From positions 107,880,001 through 107,944,000 of the forward strand of contig NC_091476.1 in assembly GCF_036971445.1 (NCBI RefSeq): DNA of 64,000 nucleotides, written 5' to 3'. This document shows positions 1 through 11,459 of this stretch, in pieces. The notes below the pieces were generated by a model. That model was given only the letters and a program-made list of their open reading frames with translations. It was not told where the DNA came from and made no database searches. Both the position numbers and the translations under genes were made by a program. The DNA is from Narcine bancroftii. Taxonomy: Eukaryota. Each line of letters opens with the position of its first letter. Positions within the stretch are counted from its first letter, which is position 1.

Positions 1-1308
1 TGTATTTATGCGTAAGCATTTAATGCTATTGAAATATGTAGCAACAGTATACCAGAAAAAAAACTTCGACAAAACATGCGACTAGGGCAAAAGAATTTTT
101 AACAATACTGTTTTAATTTACAGGAGAAAACAAAAGCAACATAGCTATAGCAGAAAACATTTTATAGAAACAAGCTATGAAAAACAGATAAAAGCCTTCA
201 CAATAATTTCAGTTCTTACATTTTCCCAAGATTTCTTCATCTACACACACCTGTGGAATGGTGGGATGTTTCGCCCTTCCTGCTGTCTTCACCCTTCCTG
301 CTGTCTTCATAATCTGCTGGCATTTTCTGTGCAAATGACGTTTTTGTACGCATTGATAAACCCCATGAACTGGTGACACCATCTTTCTGTTCTTGCAAAA
401 CCCTTGATTCCCTTGTTCTCCTAATCTCCTGATCATTTCCCTGAATTTGTCTCATTTATCACCCAGTTTTTTTTAACTCCTCAAGTTCTGGCCTATGTTG
501 GGGTGGGCAACGAAGGTTACGTTTACCTGTTTTAGCAGTCTGCAGCTGTTGTTCTTACTTTCTCCATTCTCGTATCATTTTTGCTGCAGGCGATGCTCCA
601 AAAACTTGCAGCTGCTCTCTTACCATGCTCCTCAGCTTAGTTTACCACTTTTAGTTTGTATCCAATCGTATATCTTAAGCACTTTCCTCCTGTAGCCATC
701 TTCACGGTAAAATCTTCCACTGCTATCACCATGCGTTTGTATTTCTGTTATTGTTGTTTGATGCCCTTATTGTGATAAATATAAAATACACAAAATGGCA
801 ATGGCTCATTAGCATGACTAGGAGTTTTCAGTGCTCAACGATAGATGACGATGGTGCTAGTGAGCCATACAGTAACTAGGATCACTGTCCACATTACTCA
901 CCATTATCACCCTAATTTCAAGTTTTAAAAAAAAACTAAAAGATGTTTCAATGTAAAAATAAGATTTATTGGCAGGTATGACATAAATAGACAGTAATAC
1001 ACATATGAGCTCAGAAACAGTTACTGCTTAACTTTTTAAAGTTGGGCACTAAACAAAGATATTCGTCTCAGAACATCCAGCTTTAATTTTTACAATAATC
1101 CCTTTTTTGTAGTAGTAGGTAATAGTAATGATATTTGAGTAAATAATATTACAGCATTATGGAGTTAGACTAGGTACAACTAGTGATAGCCAATGGTGTC
1201 TGGGTAAACATTAGCCTTCCAGATTTTATACTTCGCATACAAGTCCTGGGGATATTTATTGAGCCATTTTTTGGGGAAAAAATGTGGGTCTTGTAGGCCA
1301 TCAAAATG
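1..1308 (-). mobile_element. Decayed pogo-like (Tc1/mariner) DNA transposon fragment
   Basis: Minus strand ~330-700 reads LRYTIGYKLKVVN*AEEHGKRAAA...MIREWRK, like the Brinker-type/pogo N-terminal DNA-binding domain, with stops and frameshifts. A pogo-like terminal sequence lies at ~1230-1308. The left end is not seen. Confidence 0.55.
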
Positions 1309-1899
1309 AATTCAAGTGCATAGTTTAGTCTGTCAAGTGGGATTAGTTTAGTTAATTTTTAGGCTATTTGGCTTGTACCTGTGCAGTTTTCTTTGATTAA
1401 CTCTGTCGTTGATATTGGAGGTTTTGATTTGCTTCTCTTTAGGACCATGCTTGTGATCATTTGAAGGTTTTCTGAATTGTCCTTGGCAAATAGATTCAAT
1501 CTGAAAATGAAGGATGCTAGCACATCTAAGTTTTTGTGATATTGGAATATCTGCCATAAGATGTAACTAGCTGAAGGAACATTTGCATTTATTAATAATT
1601 ACATCCTTAATTGTATAAATACAGAAGATTATTGAAAATTTTCCTTAATGGTTACAGACTCAAACACCTTGAGTAATGAATGCTCTGTTTGGAATTACTG
1701 TAATGTGATTCTAAGCAGATGGAGAGCTGAATGACATTGGTACAGCATCTTGCTCTGCATATTCACAATTGGGATTGCCAAATCCAAAGCTCTCTGAATG
1801 ATGAAGGCTGTGGGGATAGAAAATGGCATAAAAAGAGTTTAATATTACAGTAAGCTTTGAATAATATAGGTTGTCTCGGAATGAAAAATAAATTAGAAA

Positions 1900-2330
1900 A
1901 GCCAAAGAGGAGACCTGAAAAATAGAAAATCAAGTAGATTTGAGTACATTAAGAGGATCAGTCAGGAAAAAGTAGTGTCTGTTAAGGGCCAAAATAATGT
2001 AGCTGATGGTCTTAATGACTACAGCTTAACAAAAGAGGAGGATAAAGCTAATGTTAAGTAGAAAATGTGTGAAATATTGGATGGGCTAAGTAAAGGAAAT
2101 ATTGAGGGGTTTAATACCCTTAAGTAGATAAATTGCCAGGTCTCGATGAATTTTATCAAAAGCCAGTTTTTATATTTAAAAAAAAGCAAGGAGAAAATTG
2201 TTGAGGTTCTTCATTTTATCATCATTTTGGTTACAGGAGAGGTGTAGGGCTGCTCATATTAAACTGTTGTTTTAAAAGTGAGATAAAGATAAACCTCTAT
2301 TTGGTTGAATTTATTTTAAGGAGTTCTATG
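1900..2330 (+). mobile_element. Degenerate CR1-like LINE fragment
   Basis: Remnant 'IDKLPGLDEFY..' resembles the CR1 DKSPGPDG region. Heavily mutated; boundaries approximate. Confidence 0.45.
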
Positions 2331-2688
2331 AGAACAACACATTTGACGATGGGCTGAAGTCTCTGAGCTTTAGGTGATGGGTTGGATCTGAGCACTGGTA
2401 ATGCTTGTGACTATGAGTATTTTTTGACTTCTATGGCAGGCTTTTACGTCCATCCCAAAGTTCTCTGGTAGGTTTATTGGCCACTGCAAATTGCCTCTTA
2501 AATTAACTGAGTGGCAAAAGAATTGTGGGAAGAGAGTTGAGCATGATAGCATGAAGGGGCTACTGGGAAGCAAGAGGATGAATGAAATTGGTGAGTTGGT
2601 TTTGTGGGCACTTGCATGGACTTTGGGCCATAAGACTGTTTCCTATCTTGGATAAAGTAAGTAATTTAGTAAAATCCTTTAATTAAAG

Positions 2689-2877
2689 GGCGGTGCAGTT
2701 AGTGCAACACCTTTACAGCGACCAGGGTTTGAAACCGGTACTGTTTGTAAGGAGTTTGTACGTTTTCCCTTTATCTGCATGGGTTTCTTCCCACCTTCAA
2801 AACGTACAGGGGGTTGTAGGACAATTGGGTGTAATTGGACAGCATGTGCTCATGAGCTGAAAGTGTCTAAATTTAAA
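2689..2877 (+). mobile_element. V-SINE-like element
   Basis: tRNA-like head, then the V-domain-like gtaaggagtttgtacgttttccc...tgcatgggtttct and an aaatttaaa tail. Same family as the other SINE copies in the window. Confidence 0.7.
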
Positions 2878-3149
2878 ATGCCACACAGTAGACAGGTTTG
2901 AAAAGTTATTGTCAAAAAACACTGCATGTGCTGGCAATCAGAAACAAAAACAAAAATGCTGGAAGTATTTTCAGTACTGGTCAAGCAGTATCTGTGGGAG
3001 TAAAATGGTCAGTGTTTGAGTTGAAGATCTTTTAAGTACTTCCAGCATTTTCTATTTTAGTCAGAAAAGCACATTTGCATGAGATTCAAGAGTGCAATTT
3101 TGATCCAAATTTGAATCAAAGAACAAAGATTGACAGATATTCAAAGTTG

Positions 3150-4150
3150 TATACAACTTGTCAATGATGGAAAAATTGGCCATACAGTTCAAAGTTAAAT
3201 TGCTGGAAGAATTCAGTTGGTCTAGCAATATCTGTGGAAGCAAGAGATTATTAACATCCAGCATCAGGATCAATAACGAATTTGTTAAGAGGAAGAAAAG
3301 TCAGAGCGGGGCTCTTAGAATTCCTATCAAAAAGAGAAGGCACACCTTAAAGAGAATTTGCAGTATAGTTGTATGGAGATGCAGGAGACCAGATAGAGGA
3401 AAAAGTAACTGCTGGAATAATTTGGCTGGTCAAGCACAGCTGGAGGCAAAGGTATGATTGATGTTTTGGGTCAAAAATATCAGGTCTTGAGTTGAAATGA
3501 CACCCACCCCTTTGCCTCTTGTAGATGTTGCTGAATTTTTCCAGCAGAACATTTGCTTCAGGTCCCAGCTTTTGGCTATTAAGTAAAGCAGGGAGGAAGA
3601 AAAACTATTATGTAAGATTTAATGATCTGATTAATTGGGCAGAAAAATGGCAAATGAAATATAATCAGAAACTTGTGATGATAATGCATTTGTGGCCAAG
3701 CAACAGGGTGATGAAATGTGCAGTTAAGTGGGAGGATATTGAGAAATATGGAGGAACAGGGACCTTGGAGTATGTGATTGCACTAGAAATGTTGCAGAGA
3801 AGATTTAAGAGGATGTTACTAGGACATGAACTTGGAGAGAAGACTGGGCTGAGATTGTTTTCTTTAGGTAGAATTGAAGATGGGTCGATTAGGTAGACTA
3901 TTTCCCTTATTGGTGGGGTGGGGGAGAGGAGGAAGATAGTGAGACAAAAATCAGAGAGCACAGATTAAAAATAGTGGTTAAGATTAGAAAGGATTTATAA
4001 TGGTAGGGGTTTGAAACTGGCTGAATTGCTGGTAAAGGTAGAAACTATTGTATTTATAAAGCAACAAGAAGTGTATAGTGTATTCCTGTCTTACAGGCCA
4101 AATGCTGGAGGTAAGATTAAGGGTGGGTACTTTGACCAAATGGCAATATT
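3150..4150 (+). mobile_element. Mixed degenerate CR1-like LINE fragments and short repeats
   Basis: ORF 3525-3896 contains INWAEKWQMKYN and GLRLFSL, which are CR1 RT C-terminal motifs. Boundaries approximate. Confidence 0.5.
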
Positions 4151-6141
4151 GAGTATCATAAATTGTTCATGATTCATAAAACATTTGAACAAATTATAAT
4201 TTCCTGTGAAATTGTGAACTCAAATGTAGTCCTCGTTTAAATTTGATCCTGATTTATTTGGTGTTATGCTAATATTCACGTGCTGAGATGTGATATTTAT
4301 TATATTTGCCTCTTGAGGGTCTCTTGATTTGAAATATTAATTTTTGACTTTCTAAAGCTGCTGTCTGGTTGACCATATCTTTTCAGCATTTTCTGTTTTT
4401 ATTTCAGATTCATAGACTTTAGTTGTTTTAAAAACAATTACTGCTTGACACTTAAAGCCTGACAGAACCTGCATATATACTAAATATTAGTAACCAAATT
4501 GTATAAAAAAAACTTCAGAAATTTCCATTTTCAGAATGCCTTTTCCCAGTTTTCCTAAAAAAAATGTTTTGCTTTAGAATGCATGTTGTCTAATCACTGA
4601 ATGCCATCTAACTTGTTCAAGTGCCTATTTTCAAGTGCACTTTTTATTAACTAGGTAGCTCATGTTGGTAAGAGTGTTTGGCCACAGGATGCTTCAAGGT
4701 AGTAGCTTCTATGTTTTTAGCAGCATTATGTTTAATATAGTTTTAGTGGGAGGGGGAGGAGCAGGTCAGATTTTTTTTGTGTGCAATGGCAAAAATTGGA
4801 GGTTGACTTTTTATGTGCAAAGTTGCTGTTAGTTTGAGGTGTTTAGGTTGGAACAATTATTTGCTAAGCCAAAGTTTTAGTATATTGTGAAATAACCAAC
4901 TGTTTTAACTGTTTCAATTTTGTAAAACATCTTTACCATTATTAAATTATTTCTTAGGCTCTACAGTTTTATCCATGTTGTGATTGATGCTGGTCGCTAA
5001 ATGTCATATAATGGCTCTTCACAGTTATTCATTAATGTATTCAGCAACTTGATGGGTTATTTGATAAGTGAAGATGGGCCTATTTTTATTCAATGTCCTA
5101 TGATTTAAACCTTCCAGCAGAGGGAGCAAAATGTATGTGTATTCATCTTGTATTCAAGCTAATTATTTTGACTTGCCTGTGATTGGATAATCTGATTCTT
5201 CTACATGTTAAATGTCTTTCTGTTCTGTAAGGCTCTATATTCATGCTTATCCTCTTTAACTGAGGAAAAACCTTTTCTATTATACTTTGTTTGAATGACA
5301 AGCTTCACAATTGAATTTTTGTTAATGATGACACTGAAAAGCAAGATTACTTGGAAGAGATGTTCCTTTTTATGTTCAATACAAACTTCAGGGACTGAAC
5401 TATATATTCTGAAATAGTAGAAGTAACTTCTGGAAGGCATGAAGGAGGTCTGTATAACTTCAGAATGAAAGGGAATGTCTTTAGTGGTCCAGTTGTCTTT
5501 TTGGGAAGAATTTGTAAATTGAAGTCTTCATGTTAGGGATGACCTCTCTCTGAATTATATCTTGTATAAGGGGATGCAGAGGCTAATTCTCAGCCAAGAC
5601 TTTGTAGAGGTGCCATCTACATGCTCAGATAGGCATAAGGATCCTTAGGACTCTTGAAGATCACTCCTTTCTCATGCTGTATTTGGCTCTGTTTTCTTAG
5701 TTGGCATTAAAGGGAGAATAATTGTATTTATTTTCTCATTGTAAATTTGTTGACCAATGCTGTGTAAATTTGGGCTGTTAAGCTTACGTATATTGAAGGG
5801 TCAGAAAGATATTTGTCATCAAAATTTGATTTGAAAAAATCCTTGCTTTGGACGTAATTTCTAAAATACATGCTTAATATGTATCTTGAGATCCATTTTG
5901 TGTGTTAGGTGTGTATTATAGAAAGAATAAGTTCTGAGTAAGAGTTTTAATTCTACTTATAAGGAGGAATATCCAAATTAACTGAAAATCTGGTTTAAAA
6001 ATTGAAATGGAAGGATAAATTTAGATTGAAATTTTCAAACATTCCCATGCTGTTTTTGGTTTTTAAAGAATGCCATTAGTTGAGTGTGAAATTACTCTAG
6101 AAAGTGAATGCTGCCAAAAGAGAGTATTCTGGTGTTCATCT

Positions 6142-9100
6142 TGTTACATCATAGACCAGCAACAAAAGAAATTCACCAAGACAGCTGTTTTGTTTGTTCT
6201 TTTTCCTGGGGCTGAAGATGGGCCAATTTATCTTCCAAATTCTGTAAAATACTTGAATTAGACAATGTTTTGTTTGAAGTGACCCTCAGAAGGGCCATCT
6301 TGTATCATCTCATGATCTCTCAACTCCTCAGGTTTATCAACAACCAATACCTCTGGTGAAAGCTACTTCTTGCAAAAATAAAATTCTCAAGATAAGTTTT
6401 TAACATGTTGACATGGCAACTGCATTTTACATCTCCAATCTATTTCATATGGACCTGAAAATTTTGCCCTAAGAGGATTAGTATTTGTTGGGGAAAAGAA
6501 TTAATACTTCATCACCTCGTTTAAAAGTTCTTATTGTACCAGACTTTAATTTTACCTTGAGCTGTTTTCAAATTCTCTTCAGCTAGTTCACACACTTTCT
6601 GGAAGCGATCTTTAAACTTTGAAACATAATCTAACAAATTCAGCTGCACATCCTTATTTAACCTATTGTTCCTTCAACAACATTAAAGGTCCTCTATTTT
6701 GATGTCCAAATACCAGCTCAAAAGGGCTGAAGCCTAATGATTCTTGTACAGACTCCCTCACTGCAAACAAAAGCAAATGGTCATTCCAGTCCTTCTCATT
6801 CTTAAAACAATAGGTCTTCATTATGGTTTTTAGAGTCAAAAGGAATCTCTCAAGGCCCCTTGAGATTCTGGATGCTACGCAGATGGCATGATCTGTTTAG
6901 CTCCCAATTTGTAAACTATGCTGAAACAGTCCCGACATAAAATTACTTCCCTGGTCTGGTGGATCTCTAGGCAAACCTTTACAAGAGCTCGCAATACAGT
7001 TTTAGCTTTAATATTTTTAAGAGGCCTTGCTTCTGTCAGCCTGGAGGCTGTACACATGACAGTTAACAAATATTGATTCCCAGTTTTTGACTTGGGCAAT
7101 GGGCCAACACAATCCACAATAACTTTAGAAAAGGGTTTGCCAAAAGCAGGAATAGGTTTTTAAGGAGCCACTCGGGGACCTTGTTTAGGTTTACCCTCAA
7201 CCTCACAAATGTGACATGTCCGGCAACACGTCCCAACATCTTTTCTTAAATTAGCTCAGTAGAATTGTTTCATAATGTGATACATAATTTTCTTTACACC
7301 AAGATGACCACCAGTTAACATTTCATCCTTGTAGGCTTTAGGAACTACAACCTGGTGAACAACTGCCCATTCTTCACTGGCAGGCATATCAGGTAGACTC
7401 CACTTCCTCCTCAACCCGCCTTCCTTGAAATAATATCCAACTGGCACTTTCTTAATTTCATCATCAGTGAGAGACTTGTCTCTCAGTTCATTAAGATGAA
7501 GGTCACTGCTCTGCCTCTATAAACTCTTTTTGGGATAACGACAAATCCTTACTCTCAGGTTTATACACCAAAACACTGTACAGTAAAGAAAGATGTAAAG
7601 TCTTTGGCAGGTTATTACAACCTGAGTGCTGTTGTGCATTATCACAGATTCTTTTAAATCAGTCTGCACAGCACCGTCTGCACTGGCAAGCTTCTTTGCC
7701 ATAGCTTGTGTCACTGCACAAACTGGATATATAATCAGAATCTGTCTGTCTCATCGATGACTGGCCCCTCATTGCAGGGACAACTTTACCCTCTGCAAGG
7801 CCATTTCCTAATAACAACGAGTCCCCTTCCACTGGTAAACTTGATGTGATCCCTATCGTAACAGGTCCATTAACTAATTCTGATTTCAACATTATTTTCT
7901 GCAAAGTTCAACTCTGGATCCCCCCCCCCCCCCCCCCCACACACACACACCTTGAATCAAGTTTATTTCACCATTATTGCCAAACTCCAAAATACTGTCT
8001 AACACAAGTGACTGGGCAACCCCAGTATCTTGAAGGATCTTTACTGTCACTTGTGGTGACCCTTTAACAAAACTATACCCTCTGACACAAAATATTTGAA
8101 TTCCTCCTTAATGATACAGCAGGTCTGGAACCTTTTTTATTTCTGTGTATTTCATCCCTTGAATACAGGCATCTGGCGCTGACTCCTTTCTTTCTCAGCA
8201 CAGAACAATTTGCTATCACGTAACCAGATTTCTTACAATAGTGACAAAGGGGATCTGAAGATTTTTCCTTTTCTTGCTTTCTCTTCTTCTTTACCCCTAG
8301 CACTACTTCCTCATTTATTTTCTAACTTACTTGGATTGTCCATAATACCATTTTGGAAAGTTCTACTGGGTACAAATTTAACATTGTGGGTTAAAGCATA
8401 CTCACCTGCTAATTTAAATGTCCTGCCAAGTTTTCACTTCCTTTTCATCTAAACATGCTTATATATCATTAGGAATGCACCTTTTAATTTTCTCAACTCT
8501 TTCCATCTGTCAATTACCATTTGTATCTTTTGATGAGCATCTTCAGTCAAAGTACACAGTTTTGTCATATGCAAAATCTGTATTAGACTGGTTCACTGAT
8601 TTTTCTCACATGCCTGAATTTTTGTATATAAGTTTCTGGAACCAATTTGTAAGCCTTAAGCACAGCTTGTTTCACAGTCTCATAAACATCAGGTTGTTGA
8701 TTAGTAAAGGCAGAGTAAGCATGTGGAGCCTTTGCTTTAATCACGCTTTGTAACATGAGGGACCAATGTATGGTCTTTTAGACATTTTAAACTCAGCAAC
8801 TTTCTAAAAATGCTGGAAGCATTTATCAATCTCAGCTTCATTAAATGGAGGAACTAACTTCACCTCCCTACTAGTCATAAACCTCTCATGAGGACCAGAA
8901 GGTGGATCTCCTCACTTCTCTTTCAAACTCCTTGTTTCTCTGCTTTCTCTGATTTACATTTTTTTCTAACTCTAGTTCAAACTGCCTTTGTTTCTCTGCT
9001 TCTTTTTCCCTCTGCTTCCTTAAATTTATATTTTCTAACTCAAACTGCCTTTGTTATTTCTCTCTCAAATCTGAGTTTTTCTAATTCACTTTGTTCCACT

Positions 9101-10208
9101 GATGACACTGCTCAAGGGATTTACTCTTGAGAAATTGTTTTAACTTCCCTTCTGCTATATAATGGTCAACTATAGCTCTCTTGATGTCCTCCTTTTTCAT
9201 TGACTGTCTTACCACCACAAGTTCCAACTTTTGGGCAATATCCACCAACTCATCCTTTTTTGCCCTCTGCAAAGGTTGGCAGTCCCAAACACCTATCAAT
9301 ATCCATTGATGCTGTTCCCCCCCCCCCCCCCCACACACACACAAGCCTATTAATTGGCTTTCAAAAACAAATTTAAGCAAAAAAATTGAAAATCAATAGA
9401 TTAATAAGCTCCAATTTTGGTTAGATCCTGGATGAGTTCCCAATTTGTTATGACAGAGACCCACAACAATAGAAATTCACCAAGACAGTGTTATTTTTAA
9501 AACAGTATACTTATTAATAATATAACAACTTAAATCTAAACTTAACCCCAACTATGCGCAAATGTGTGTTTGTGTTGCACAATTCTGGAAAGTCAATTCC
9601 CAAACCCCAGGCTTAGAAAATCCCATGTTGAAACTCAGAACTTTTAAACTATTGTTCAGACTAATTACGAAGTAGGTGAGACAGTCATCAGACAGCCTTT
9701 GACTCATGAATCCTTGTTGAGTTGCTTCCATAGAAATGTTCTTTCATGTGAGTGATTGTCACAACTCAATGAAACTTGACTTCCATGATGCATCCTAGAA
9801 CCCAGGCAAGGGTCAGACAAAATGACCATCAGAATGGTCACGATCCAATTAAGCAATTCTCTTTTACCCGGATATGGATCAATCAAGGTGATTCACTGTT
9901 TTCTCTGACAAATAGTAACAGGAGAAGTTCCATTTCACAGACCCATTTCAACTCTTGTCTTTTTAGATCACTTGTTTGATCAATACTGGTTTCAGTGCCC
10001 CCCAAAAAATGACTCAATAATCAGCTGACCTCTCTGAACAGATGTCTTTTCCATTGTTCTGATTCTTTATTGAGACCATTAATTCTGTTTATGGCTTGGA
10101 CTCAGGTGCCTCTGTGACTGTAAAAATGTTGTTATGAAATCAGTGTGTGTTTTTGCACCCTGTTCCACCCCCAAAGTAACTCAATTAAAGAAAAACAGGC
10201 TTACAACA
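6142..10208 (-). mobile_element. Gmr1-like Ty3/Gypsy LTR retrotransposon, internally deleted
   Basis: TG...CA ends with a 4-bp TSD ATCT (6138-6141 and 10209-10212). 5' LTR 9446-10208 and PBS 9425-9442. Gag ~9300-8200 with the knuckle CHYCKKSGYVIANC, protease ~8070-7700, integrase (GGHLGVKK..., DCVGPLPKSKTGNQYLLTVMC) ~7450-6400. Only ~43 bp of the 3' LTR remain (6142-6184). Confidence 0.85.
9425..9442 (-). promoter_or_regulatory. Degenerate tRNA-Pro primer-binding site
   Basis: Minus strand TGGGAACTCATCCAGGAT versus canonical TGGGGGCTCGTCCGGGAT: 14/18, all mismatches G>A. It starts 3 nt after the LTR end. Confidence 0.75.
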
Positions 10209-11459
10209 ATCTGCCAGAATTTGTGTATATCTTCACAAGTTTAAGTTCTTGAAATAGGATTCATAGATTTGTTCTGCATTTGTAGAACAATGGTTTTTGG
10301 TAGCATTTGGTGGTAATGTCCTTGAATCACTCAATGCATTAAATAATAACTAACTGGCTTTCTAATATTTTCATTGTGTAATGGATATTCTCAACTCTTC
10401 AGACAAAACTTTTTGTTTCAGGTTGGATTGAAATAGGTCTTGGTGTGAAAGGCTGCAAATATTGACAAACAATTATATTTTCTGCCTTTTATACTCTCGT
10501 TGAAGCCAGTGACTCCTGACAGAAAAGTTTCATGCGAAGCAATGGCCATCTCCTACCTTGCCAAAGTTGTCTGAGATGCAGTGATTGTGTGTTTGAATGG
10601 GGGAGGTTGGAGAAGTGGGTTCTTGTTTGAGTGAATAGCAAAATATGTGTGCAACTTGATCTCTGGTTCTATTTTTGCCTGTTCCCAAACTGAGGATACG
10701 ACTTACATTTTGGCTGCCGCTTACGCTGACTGATTCGAGATTATCGAAGAGCAAATTAAATTGTCAAATCTTGGCCAATTTTCCTAAGATGAGCTATCGT
10801 TCCTATGATTGTTGACTTTTATGTTGGTTTCTGATTAAATATTCCTTGGTTTTGATTTTCTTACTTTCAAATCTTACCTTAATTCTTTACCTTCCAATCT
10901 CCAAATTCCCCCAGTTCAATAAAATTCCCGAAATATCTATACTCTATTCTGGACTCTTAGGATCCCTGAATTGCTCCATTATTGGCAATATTTCACATAG
11001 CAAATCTGCCAAACTTTCCTACTGGTACAGCTCTCTTTTTCTTCTTTCTTTATCATTAAGACATTAAGTAGAATGTATTGACCAAGTGGTTGGTCCTGTC
11101 CTAATATGGCTTGGAAATGGTTTTTTGATATGGTAAAAGTGGCAGTAAAATGCATGGGATTATGTTTGTTTAAAATGTCTATTGAGTTTTGAAAGTGTTT
11201 ACTGACAAATTACAAGAGAGATGCATTCTTAGAAAATGGCTTGTATCAGGAATTTTTATATTGTAAAGCAGTCTTCTATGCACTTGTCAAGTTGAAAATG
11301 AGCACGAGAGTTGAACATTTTTGTCTATAATGTTTGAAGAAGATCTGTATAGATGGACGGCCCAACCTATAACATTATTGAGAAGAGTTAATTGTATTAA
11401 AATGAGTACATTTCCAAGAGTACACTATCTCTTTCTAACACTGCCCATACCATTATCTC

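Noticed and set aside
2689-2760. tRNA genes at SINE heads
   Set aside because: Only degenerate A/B-box-like heads fused to V-domains; no cloverleaf can be supported.
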